Positions 9,026 to 16,720 of a DNA stretch of 64,000 nt are shown here, in pieces. Under the pieces are notes generated by a model, which saw nothing but the letters and a program-made list of their open reading frames with translations, did not search any database and was not told the DNA's origin. The DNA is from an uncultured Actinomycetota bacterium (GTDB lineage Bacteria; Actinomycetota; Actinomycetes; JACCUZ01). The position numbers and the translations under genes are program-made. The stretch spans positions 98,179 to 162,178 of the forward strand of contig OY970120.1 in the NCBI GenBank assembly GCA_963705885.1, written 5' to 3'. Every line of letters starts with the position of its first letter. The stretch's first letter is position 1.

Positions 9026-9940
9026 TCACCCCGTCTGGTCCTCCCGCTCGGCCAGCATCGGCTCCAGTCGCCGGTTCACCGCCGCCAGGACCGCGCGGAT
9101 GACCGCCTGCCGCACGTCCTCGCGCACCACGGACGCCCCCGAGAGGCGCTGCGTGGCGCGCCCGGTCACCATGGTCACGACGACCAGAGCGGTGCGGTCC
9201 GGGCCGGTCGTGGCCACCTCGACGTGCTCGACGTCGAATCGGGCCTCGTCGCCGACCACCTGCTCGACCGCACGCAGCGTCGCGCCCGCCACCGAGCGGA
9301 GCAGGCTGCCCGTGGACGCCGTCCCCTCGGCCGAGCCCTCGACCGTCCGCCCGTCCATGCCCAGGGCCACGGAGACCTCCGTCCCGAGGCCGGCCGACAC
9401 CAGCTGCACCCGTTCGATGACGAGCCGGCCGGGGCGGGTCACCGTCACGTCGGGGACGGCGGGCTCCGTCTCGAGTCGGCCCGTCGGCGCCTCGTCGGGC
9501 TCGGTGTCGTCGGGCGCGGTGCCGTCGGGAGCGGGTGGCTCGCTCTCGTCGACGGGCGCGCCCGGCAGCGGGCCGCCGGTGTCGGCGGGTGTGACCCGGC
9601 TGCCGTTGGTGGCGGTCCCGTCGGCGGTGCCGGTCCCGTTGGCGGTGCCGCTCCCGTTGGCGGTGCCCGGGCGCGGCGCGGTGGTCGTGGTGCCCGCGCT
9701 CGCCGACCGTACGCCCGCAGCGTCCTCGACCACGCGCACCCGTCCCGCGTCGACGGCCAGCCCGAACCGGCTCCGGAGCAGCCGGTTCACGGCGCCGGCG
9801 ACGTCGACCTCGTCGGCGCCCTTGGCCAGCTGCAGCCGCAGGGTGCCCGGCCCGGTGCCGACGGGCTCGACGGCTGCCGCCGACACGCCCGGCACGGCGA
9901 GCAGCGCCGAGACGAGGTCGCGGTGGTCGCTCACGGTCAC
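9026..9940 (-). CDS. hypothetical protein with two related ~90-aa halves separated by a Thr/Gly/Ala/Asn/Pro-rich linker
   Basis: 304-aa ORF with high GC3; internal similarity (AVNRLLRSRFGL / AVLAAVNRRLE); low-complexity linker TGTANGSGTANGTGTADGTATNGS. Confidence 0.5.
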   Translation of the reverse strand: MTVSDHRDLVSALLAVPGVSAAAVEPVGTGPGTLRLQLAKGADEVDVAGAVNRLLRSRFGLAVDAGRVRVVEDAAGVRSASAGTTTTAPRPGTANGSGTANGTGTADGTATNGSRVTPADTGGPLPGAPVDESEPPAPDGTAPDDTEPDEAPTGRLETEPAVPDVTVTRPGRLVIERVQLVSAGLGTEVSVALGMDGRTVEGSAEGTASTGSLLRSVAGATLRAVEQVVGDEARFDVEHVEVATTGPDRTALVVVTMVTGRATQRLSGASVVREDVRQAVIRAVLAAVNRRLEPMLAEREDQTG

Positions 9941-10032
9941 GCGGAGAGTGTCTCAGCACAGCCCGCTCCAGACGAGCGTTGTGGCGATCCGGTCCGCCCA
10001 CGCGTCCGGGACCCGCGGCTAGCCTGGGGGCC

Positions 10033-10221
10033 ATGACCGAACGCGACAGCGAAGACCCCGGCACGGAGGCGTCCGCGGAGGACCTGCTCGAGCAGCGTGA
10101 ACCGGTCGGCGACGAGGTGACCGACGACGCCCCGCCCAGCGAGACGCCCGCCGACGTCGACCCGGCCGACCTCGCCGAGCAGCTGCGCGCGGTGGACACC
10201 GGGGACGACGAATACCGCTGA
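10033..10221 (+). CDS. small highly acidic protein (hypothetical)
   Basis: 62 aa with about 40% Asp/Glu; internal ATG chosen within ORF 9979-10221. Confidence 0.35.
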   Translation: MTERDSEDPGTEASAEDLLEQREPVGDEVTDDAPPSETPADVDPADLAEQLRAVDTGDDEYR

Positions 10222-10302
10222 GCGGCGCCGACGGGTCCTAGGATCGCTGCCAGTGCCCTGACGGCACCACGGGTGCCCCACCCGGCGACCGAAGGAGCAC
10301 AG

Positions 10303-10932
10303 GTGTCGACTGCTGCGGACTCGCGAGCCCGCAGCGCGCGGCTGCCCCGGTCGGCCCGGAGGCGCCAGCTGCTGGGGGCGGCCCAGGAGGTGTTCGTCGC
10401 CCAGGGCTACCACGCCGCCGCGATGGACGACATCGCCGACCGGGCGGGGGTGAGCAAGCCGGTGCTCTACCAGCACTTCCCGGGCAAGCTCGACCTCTAC
10501 CTGGCGCTGCTCGAGGAGCAGACCGACGCGATGGTCGCCGCCGTGCGCGAGGCCCTCGACTCGACCTCGGACAACAAGCAGCGCGTCGCGGCGACCATCG
10601 AGGCCTACTTCCGTTTCGTGGACGAGGACGGCGAGGCGTTCCGGCTGGTGTTCGAGTCCGACCTGACCAACCGCCCCGAGGTACGCGAGCGCGTCGAGGG
10701 CACGACGCTGGCCTGCGCCGAGCTCATCAGCGACGTGATCGCCGACGACGCCGGCCTGCCGCCCGAGCAGGCCCGTCTGCTGGCCGTCGGCCTGGTCGGC
10801 ATGGCACAGGTCGCGGCCCGGTTCTGGCTGGCCGACGAGGGCTCGATCCCGCGCGACGCGGCGTCCCGGCTGCTCGCGAGCCTGTCCTGGCGGGGCATCG
10901 GCGGCTTCCCCCGGACCGGCGAGGCGCACTGA
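10303..10932 (+). CDS. TetR-family transcriptional regulator
   Basis: TetR HTH (AAMDDIADRAGVSKPVLYQHFPGKLDLY); GAAGGAG RBS 6 nt before GTG 10303. Confidence 0.8.
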   Translation: MSTAADSRARSARLPRSARRRQLLGAAQEVFVAQGYHAAAMDDIADRAGVSKPVLYQHFPGKLDLYLALLEEQTDAMVAAVREALDSTSDNKQRVAATIEAYFRFVDEDGEAFRLVFESDLTNRPEVRERVEGTTLACAELISDVIADDAGLPPEQARLLAVGLVGMAQVAARFWLADEGSIPRDAASRLLASLSWRGIGGFPRTGEAH

Positions 10933-10990
10933 CCGGTCGCCAGCGACTAGCCTGGCCAGTCCGTCACGACAGTCATCCCGGAGGTCCACT

Positions 10991-11218
10991 GTGGAGGTCA
11001 GGATCGGTGTCCAGCACGCGACGCGCGAGCTGGTGATCGAGAGCACGGATTCCACCGAGGCCATCACGAAGGCGGTCTCCGCCGCGCTCACCGGGGAGAG
11101 CAAGGTGCTGTCGCTGGACGACGAGAAGGGCCGGCGCGTCGTCGTGCCGGCCGAGAAGCTCGCCTACGTCGAGATCGGCGAGCCCGAGAGCCGCCACGTG
11201 GGCTTCGGGGCGATGTAG
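10991..11218 (+). CDS. DUF3107-family protein (TB9.4/Rv3208A-like)
   Basis: 75 aa MEVRIGVQHATRELVIESTDS...VPAEKLAYVEIGEPESRHVGFGAM; characteristic DUF3107 sequence and position between a TetR gene and a DEAD-box helicase. Confidence 0.85.
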   Translation: MEVRIGVQHATRELVIESTDSTEAITKAVSAALTGESKVLSLDDEKGRRVVVPAEKLAYVEIGEPESRHVGFGAM

Positions 11219-11235
11219 CGCCTGGCCCTCAGCCC

Positions 11236-11943
11236 TCAGGCCGACAGGCCGAGCGAGGCCATCCGCTTGGTGTGGTTCTCGGTGAGCCGGGCGAACATCC
11301 GCCCGACCTCGGCGAGGTCGGCGCCCCGGTGCGACATGCCGCCGACGAGCAGAGCGGCGAGCGCGTCGCGCTCGGCGGCCACCCGCTGGGCCTGGCTGAG
11401 CGCCTCACCCACGAGCCGGCGGCCCCACAGCGCCAGCCGTCCGGCCAGGCGCGGCTCGGCCGCGATCGCCGCCCGCACCCGGTCGACCACGAACGTCGAG
11501 TGCCCGGTGTCCTCCAGCACTCCGACCACGAGGTCGCGCGTCGAGTCGTCGAGGTAGGCCGACACCTCGCGGTAGAAGTCGGTGGCGATGCCGTCGCCCA
11601 CGTAGGCCTTGACCAGGCCCTCGAGCCAGTCCGACGGGGCGGTGCGCTCGTGGAAGGCCTCGAGCGCCGGGATGAACGGCTCCATCGCCGTCTCGGGGGA
11701 GGCGCCCATCTCCTGAAGCCGGGCCTGGAGCAGCGCGAAGTGGTTGTACTCCGAGACGGCCATGGCCGCCAGCGCCGCCTTGTCGGCGATGGTGGGCGCG
11801 AACGAGGCGTCGTCGGCGAGGCGTTCGAAGGCGGTCAGCTCGCCGTACGCGAGCGCTCCGAGCAGGTCGACGACGGCGAGCCGGTAGTCCGCGTCATCGA
11901 GCGGGTCACCCGCCTGCTGCGACACCGGCCCGTCCTCGCTCAC
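11236..11943 (-). CDS. ferritin-like domain protein (conserved DUF3107-neighbour)
   Basis: 235-aa ORF from GTG 11943; four-helix-bundle-like E/H-rich segments; conserved neighbour of DUF3107 and helicase genes. Confidence 0.6.
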   Translation of the reverse strand: MSEDGPVSQQAGDPLDDADYRLAVVDLLGALAYGELTAFERLADDASFAPTIADKAALAAMAVSEYNHFALLQARLQEMGASPETAMEPFIPALEAFHERTAPSDWLEGLVKAYVGDGIATDFYREVSAYLDDSTRDLVVGVLEDTGHSTFVVDRVRAAIAAEPRLAGRLALWGRRLVGEALSQAQRVAAERDALAALLVGGMSHRGADLAEVGRMFARLTENHTKRMASLGLSA

Positions 11944-12068
11944 GGGAGGCAGCGTAGCGACGGGTAGTCTGTTCCCCGAAGAACGGATGCCCGGTCGCAG
12001 CCAAGTCACGAACCCGATCGGCTCCGACCGAGAGGGATCGATCCCTGCGCGGCCCGCCACCACGACCT

Positions 12069-13787
12069 GTGCGCGGCGTGCGGCCCCGGGGTGCGACCCG
12101 ACGAACGCACGAGAAGGGCACCGTCCTGAACACCCCAACATTCGCCGAGCTCGGCGTGCTCCCGGCCACGGTCGCGGGCCTCGAGGCGGCCTCCATCACC
12201 CATCCGTTCCCGATCCAGGCGCTCACCCTGCCGGTCGCGCTGCACGGCCACGACATCATCGGTCAGGCCAAGACCGGCACCGGCAAGACGCTCGGCTTCG
12301 GCATCCCGCTGCTGCAGCGCGTCGTCGTCGAGGGCGAGGACCACGGTGACCCCTCGCTGCCTCCGCCGGTCGCCGGCAAGCCGCAGGCGCTCGTCGTCGT
12401 GCCGACGCGCGAGCTGTGCGTGCAGGTCACCGGTGACCTGGTCACGGCCGCCGCCAAGCGCGACGTGCGCGTCCTGTCGATCTACGGCGGCCGGGCGTAC
12501 GAGCCGCAGGTCGAGGCGCTGCGCAAGGGCATCGAGGTCGTCGTCGGCACACCCGGCCGCCTCATCGACCTCGCCCAGCAGGGCCATCTCGACCTCGGCC
12601 ACGTCCGCACCCTCGTCCTCGACGAGGCCGACGAGATGCTCGACCTCGGCTTCCTGCCCGATGTCGAGAAGATCGTGCGCCTGGTCCCCGCGGGCCGGCA
12701 GACGATGCTGTTCTCGGCGACGATGCCGGGCGCGATCATCACGCTCGCCCGCGCGTACATGCACCACCCGACGCACATCCGCGCGGTCGACCCCGACGAC
12801 GACGGGCTGACGGTCAAGGCCGTCGAGCAGCATGCCTTCCGCGCGCACGCGATGGACAAGGTGGAGATGCTCGCGCGCATCCTGCAGTCCGAGGGCCGCG
12901 GGCTGACCCTCGTCTTCTGCCGCACGAAGCGCACGGCCGCCAAGGTCGCCGACGATCTCGCCGACCGCGGGTTCGCCTCCGGTGCGGTCCACGGCGACCT
13001 CGGGCAGGGCGCACGCGAGCAGGCGCTGCGCGCGTTCCGCAACGGGAAGGTCGACGTCCTCGTCGCCACCGACGTCGCGGCGCGGGGCATCGACGTGCAG
13101 GACATCACCCACGTCATCAACTACCAGTGCCCCGAGGACGAGAAGACCTACCTGCACCGCATCGGGCGTACGGCTCGCGCCGGCGCCTCGGGCACGGCCA
13201 TCACCTTCGTCGACTGGGACGACATGCCGCGGTGGGCGCTCATCGACAAGGCGCTCGACCTGGGCTTCGGCGAGCCCGAGGAGACCTACTCGAGCTCGGA
13301 CCACCTCTACGAGGAGCTCGACATCCCGCGGCACGTCACCGGCAGGCTCCCCCGCGCGCAGCGCACCCGGGAAGGGCTCGAGGCCGAGGTGCTCGAGGAC
13401 CTCGGCGAGACCGGCCGGGCCGGCAGCCGGGGCAGCGGCGGCCGGCCGGCCGGCGGCCGGGGCCGCGACGGGCGCGACCGCGACGGCGGCCGGTCCGGGT
13501 CCCGTGAGCGTGGCCCCCGTGCGGACGCCGAGAGCGGCGAGCGACCGGAGCGCCCACCGCGCACGCGTGCCCGCCGGCGCACCCGCAACGGCGAGCCGAC
13601 GACGACCGGGCCCGACCCCGCCTCGACGGCGGCCGGCTCCCCGCGATCGACCGACCCCGCCGAGGGCGACGGCTCGGCCCCGCGGCGGCGTCGCCGCTCC
13701 CGGGGCGGCCGCGGCCGGGGCGGGTCGGGCGAGGGCGCGGCCGGCGGCACGCGCGAGTCCGGCGCCTCGGCAGGCGACGGCGCCTGA
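12069..13787 (+). CDS. DEAD-box ATP-dependent RNA helicase with Arg/Gly-rich C-terminal tail
   Basis: Q motif (F, PIQ), Walker A AKTGTGKT, DEAD, SAT, HRIGRTAR; C-terminal about 130 aa RG/RD-rich low complexity; start could be GTG 12069 or 12078. Confidence 0.9.
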   Translation: MRGVRPRGATRRTHEKGTVLNTPTFAELGVLPATVAGLEAASITHPFPIQALTLPVALHGHDIIGQAKTGTGKTLGFGIPLLQRVVVEGEDHGDPSLPPPVAGKPQALVVVPTRELCVQVTGDLVTAAAKRDVRVLSIYGGRAYEPQVEALRKGIEVVVGTPGRLIDLAQQGHLDLGHVRTLVLDEADEMLDLGFLPDVEKIVRLVPAGRQTMLFSATMPGAIITLARAYMHHPTHIRAVDPDDDGLTVKAVEQHAFRAHAMDKVEMLARILQSEGRGLTLVFCRTKRTAAKVADDLADRGFASGAVHGDLGQGAREQALRAFRNGKVDVLVATDVAARGIDVQDITHVINYQCPEDEKTYLHRIGRTARAGASGTAITFVDWDDMPRWALIDKALDLGFGEPEETYSSSDHLYEELDIPRHVTGRLPRAQRTREGLEAEVLEDLGETGRAGSRGSGGRPAGGRGRDGRDRDGGRSGSRERGPRADAESGERPERPPRTRARRRTRNGEPTTTGPDPASTAAGSPRSTDPAEGDGSAPRRRRRSRGGRGRGGSGEGAAGGTRESGASAGDGA

Positions 13788-13794
13788 GGCCTGG

Positions 13795-14628
13795 TCAGGA
13801 CACGGTGCGCAGCGCCGGGACCACGTCGTCCAGGCGGAAGGTGGGGCGTCCGAACAGGTAGCCCTGGGCGAGCCGGCAGCCCATCGCGTGCAGCATCGCG
13901 GCCTGTCCGGGCGTCTCCACGCCCTCGGCCACCACGGACAGCTCCAGGTCGCGTCCGAGCCCGAGCACGGCCCGGGCGACCTTGGTGCCGCTGTCGCTGT
14001 CGAGCGCGGCGACGAAGGTGCGGTCCAGCTTGATGAAGGTCAGGGGCAGCACCGCGACGAGGGACAGGGTCGACCAGCCGGTCCCGAAGTCGTCGAGGCC
14101 GACCCCGCACCCGAGCTCGCGCAGGTCGTGCAGGACCTTCGCCGCGTGCTCGACGTCGCCCATCGCCACGGTCTCGGTCAGCTCGAGGCTGAGCGCGGAA
14201 CCGGGCAGCCCGGTGCGCGCGAGCTCGCCGGCCACGTGCCCCACGAAGGTCGGGTCCTCCAGCTGGCGCGCGGAGACGTTCACCGAGATCGGCACCGGGT
14301 GCCCGGCCGCCTCCCCCAGCTCCGCTGCGACCTCGAGGGCCTGGGTCAGCACCCACCGCCCGAGCGGGACGATCAGCCCCGACGTCTCGGCCACGGGCAC
14401 GAACACGTCCGGACCGGGGCCGCCCGGCCAGCGCAGCAGCACCTCGGCGCCCTCGAGGCCCCCGCCCGGCAGGGCGACGATCGGCTGCACCGCGATCACC
14501 AGCTCCCGGGCGTCGAAGGCCGCCGCGAGCGGCTCCTCGAGCTCCCGGCCCGCGATGTCCCCGCCGGGCCACCCGGGCACCGGCTCGTCTGGCGGGCGGC
14601 GCGCGAACGCGGGACGGCGCCGCGTCAC
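13795..14628 (-). CDS. EAL-domain cyclic-di-GMP phosphodiesterase (stand-alone EAL)
   Basis: EVLLRW (EAL-variant), SVNVS, ELTE, DDFGTG, KLD, EGVE, QGYLFGRP motifs all present; GTG 14628 overlaps the TGA of the upstream regulator (GTGA). Confidence 0.8.
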   Translation of the reverse strand: MTRRRPAFARRPPDEPVPGWPGGDIAGRELEEPLAAAFDARELVIAVQPIVALPGGGLEGAEVLLRWPGGPGPDVFVPVAETSGLIVPLGRWVLTQALEVAAELGEAAGHPVPISVNVSARQLEDPTFVGHVAGELARTGLPGSALSLELTETVAMGDVEHAAKVLHDLRELGCGVGLDDFGTGWSTLSLVAVLPLTFIKLDRTFVAALDSDSGTKVARAVLGLGRDLELSVVAEGVETPGQAAMLHAMGCRLAQGYLFGRPTFRLDDVVPALRTVS

Positions 14629-16019
14629 GGGGACGCCGGCGTCGACGGGGTCGAGGCTGAGGGGCGGGTGGCGTCGGCGTAGGACACGTCCGGTGCCGGG
14701 CGCACGCCCGCTTCGCTCAGGGCCTGCTGGTAGGCCAGGGTCGCGTCCCCGAGCAGGCCGAGCTGGGCGAACGCGTCGGCCAGCTCGCGCCACGCGGTCG
14801 CGGCGGCCCGGGACAGGTCGAGCCCGCCCAGCGTCGCCGCCGCCTCGCGGAACGTCGCGACCGCGTCGTCGCGACGGCCGGAGGCCAGCAGCGCGCGCGC
14901 CCGGACCAGCAGGGTGTGCGCGCTCTCCAGCCGGGGGGTCGGCCCCAGGCGGGCGAGCGCCGAGTCGGCCAGGTCGAGCGCCGCGGCAGCGTGTCCGAGC
15001 AGCACCTCGCAGCGCCCCAGCTCGGTCTCGCAGTAGGCGAGGTCGACCGCGCTGCCCACGTCGGCGAGGACGGTCAGGCTGGCCGACAGCTGTCGCCGCG
15101 CCTCCTCCGGCCGCGGGGGCACCGACCGCAGCAGGAGCCAGCCGTAGGCGACCCGCAGGCGGGCGTGGGCGCGCAGGTCGTCGCCCTCGGCGTAGACCGC
15201 GAGCGCCCGCTCCGCGAGCAGCAGCGCCGAGGGCAGGTCGTCACGCTGCTCTGCCACGAGGCTCGCGTTCCAGAGCACGGCGGCGCGGGCGCGCCCCGAG
15301 CCCGCCTCGTCGACCACGGCCAGCACCTCGGTGGCCATCTGCTGGGCGCGCACCAGGTCCCCGCGCAGGTAGTAGCCACCCAGCACCGAGGAGACCAGCT
15401 CGGCGTGGACGTCGCTGCCCAGCAGGCCGGCCTGACGCACCGTGCGGAGCGCGCCCTCGCCGACGTCGAGGGCGTAGGACACGTCGCCGGCCTCCAGGTA
15501 GCACCGCACCGCGTCGACCGTGAGGCGCAGGTGCTCGCCGTGGCGGCGCTCGGCGAGGGCCTGGGCGCGCAGCGACTCGACCTCGGTGAGGGCCTCCTCG
15601 AGGCGCCCGAGGCCCTCGAGCGCGGCGCAGCGCAGTCGACGCGCCCGCCAGCCGTCCTCACGGCCCGGGACGACCCCGGCGCCCCCGGCCGGGAGGGCGT
15701 CGAGCTGGGCCAGGGCGTCGGCGGGCTCACCGTTGCGCAGCGCGAGCTCGGCGTAGTCCAGCGTGAGGCGGGCCCGCTCCGCCTGGGCGGGGTCGCCGCC
15801 TCGGCGCAGGGTGTCCGGGGAGCAGCCCAGCCGGGCCGCGAGCAGGTCGACAGCGGCCGGGGTCGGCCGGCGGCGGCCGGACTCGAGCAGCGAGACGTAG
15901 CTCGCGGACAGGTCGTCGCCGGCCAGCGCGGTCTGCGACATCCCCGCGGCCCGGCGCATCGCGCGCAGCCGCTCCGCGAAGCCCTCGGCGGGCACACCCG
16001 GCTCCGGCATCGTCACCAC
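14625..16019 (-). CDS. XRE-family HTH transcriptional regulator with large C-terminal TPR-like domain (RRNPP/Rgg-like architecture)
   Basis: N-terminal HTH (FAERLRAMRRAAGMSQTALAG...SYVSLLESGRRRPT) followed by about 380 aa Ala/Leu-rich helical repeats; 464 aa. Confidence 0.8.
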   Translation of the reverse strand: MVTMPEPGVPAEGFAERLRAMRRAAGMSQTALAGDDLSASYVSLLESGRRRPTPAAVDLLAARLGCSPDTLRRGGDPAQAERARLTLDYAELALRNGEPADALAQLDALPAGGAGVVPGREDGWRARRLRCAALEGLGRLEEALTEVESLRAQALAERRHGEHLRLTVDAVRCYLEAGDVSYALDVGEGALRTVRQAGLLGSDVHAELVSSVLGGYYLRGDLVRAQQMATEVLAVVDEAGSGRARAAVLWNASLVAEQRDDLPSALLLAERALAVYAEGDDLRAHARLRVAYGWLLLRSVPPRPEEARRQLSASLTVLADVGSAVDLAYCETELGRCEVLLGHAAAALDLADSALARLGPTPRLESAHTLLVRARALLASGRRDDAVATFREAAATLGGLDLSRAAATAWRELADAFAQLGLLGDATLAYQQALSEAGVRPAPDVSYADATRPSASTPSTPASP

Positions 16020-16104
16020 CCCAGTCTCTCGTGACCTCGCGGCCCTCTCCGGCAGTCAGGGTCACAGATGTCATCGGCGCGGTCACGATCGTACTCAACA
16101 ACTC

Positions 16105-16169
16105 TTGACAAGAAGATTGACACCCCGTTACCCGAGCCCGTTCACTCCAGGGTGTCACATCCCTTGACA
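16105..16169 (+). promoter_or_regulatory. promoter/operator region: three TTGACA hexamers (16105-16110, 16117-16122, 16164-16169) and inverted repeat TGTCA-N7-TGACA (16153-16169)
   Basis: Read directly: ctcTTGACAagaagaTTGACAcc ... ggTGTCAcatcccTTGACAcaAGGAGtcatcATG; lies in the 162-bp divergent intergenic region between the XRE-TPR gene and the small peptide ORF. Confidence 0.4.
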
Positions 16170-16181
16170 CAAGGAGTCATC

Positions 16182-16313
16182 ATGCGTCGTACCCTGACCG
16201 CCGTCGCCGCCGCCGTCGTCGCCGCCGCCACGCTCGTGGCGGTCTCGCCCGTCACGGCGACGGCCGACGCCGGGTCGCGGGTCGTGCAGTTCAACCCGCC
16301 GCGGTGCTGCTGA
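16182..16313 (+). CDS. small secreted peptide precursor (43 aa: Sec-type signal peptide with AxA site, predicted 15-aa mature peptide DAGSRVVQFNPPRCC)
   Basis: AAGGAG RBS 5 nt upstream of ATG; MRR n-region, 18-residue hydrophobic core, TATA|D cleavage motif; very high GC3; followed by a perfect terminator hairpin. Confidence 0.55.
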   Translation: MRRTLTAVAAAVVAAATLVAVSPVTATADAGSRVVQFNPPRCC

Positions 16314-16328
16314 GCCACCCTGACCGGC

Positions 16329-16360
16329 CGGTCCGGGCCTCACGGGGGAGGCCCGGACCG
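16329..16360 (+). terminator. stem-loop terminator (13-bp perfect stem cggtccgggcctc / gaggcccggaccg, 6-nt loop)
   Basis: Perfect inverted repeat 15 nt after the peptide ORF stop; GC-rich with no U-tract, typical of actinobacterial terminators. Confidence 0.5.
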
Positions 16361-16396
16361 CGCCGCCCGGCGTGACGCGGACGCGGCGGGCGCGGC

Positions 16397-16720
16397 TCAG
16401 AGACGGACGCTGAGGCGCACCCAGGCGCGGCGCCCGCACGACGGGCAGCGCATCCACGACGGGTGCCGGCCGCCGACGAGCGGCAGGTGCAGCGAGGGCA
16501 GCGCGAGCCGTAGGAGCCGCCGCGGCGTGACGACCGAGGTCACGCGGCAGGCCGAGCACTCGAGCGTGACGGCGCCGATCGCCGGCGGCTGCTCGGCGAC
16601 GCTGTAGAGGGCGCGCCGCCCGAGCGGGTCGCGCGGCGCGGCGCCTGCCTCGGCACGGACGGGGGCGGCGTCAACCCGGCGCGAGCGCAGGCGGTCGAAC
16701 CCCTGCTCCGGGGTGCTCAC
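16397..16720 (-). CDS. small putative zinc-ribbon protein (CxxC...CxxC)
   Basis: 107-aa ORF; GTG start overlaps the ParA TGA stop (GTGA); cysteine pairs CSAC and CPSC about 33 residues apart; could be spurious in high-GC DNA. Confidence 0.3.
   Translation of the reverse strand: MSTPEQGFDRLRSRRVDAAPVRAEAGAAPRDPLGRRALYSVAEQPPAIGAVTLECSACRVTSVVTPRRLLRLALPSLHLPLVGGRHPSWMRCPSCGRRAWVRLSVRL

Noticed and set aside
8181-10022. 613-aa plus-strand ORF opposite the alpha/beta hydrolase and the repeat protein
   Set aside because: The translation is low-complexity Arg/Pro/Gly. The real genes on the minus strand carry the hydrolase motifs.
12006-13334. 442-aa minus-strand ORF antisense to the DEAD-box helicase
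   Set aside because: The helicase motifs on the plus strand are unambiguous, and the antisense product has no domain signal.
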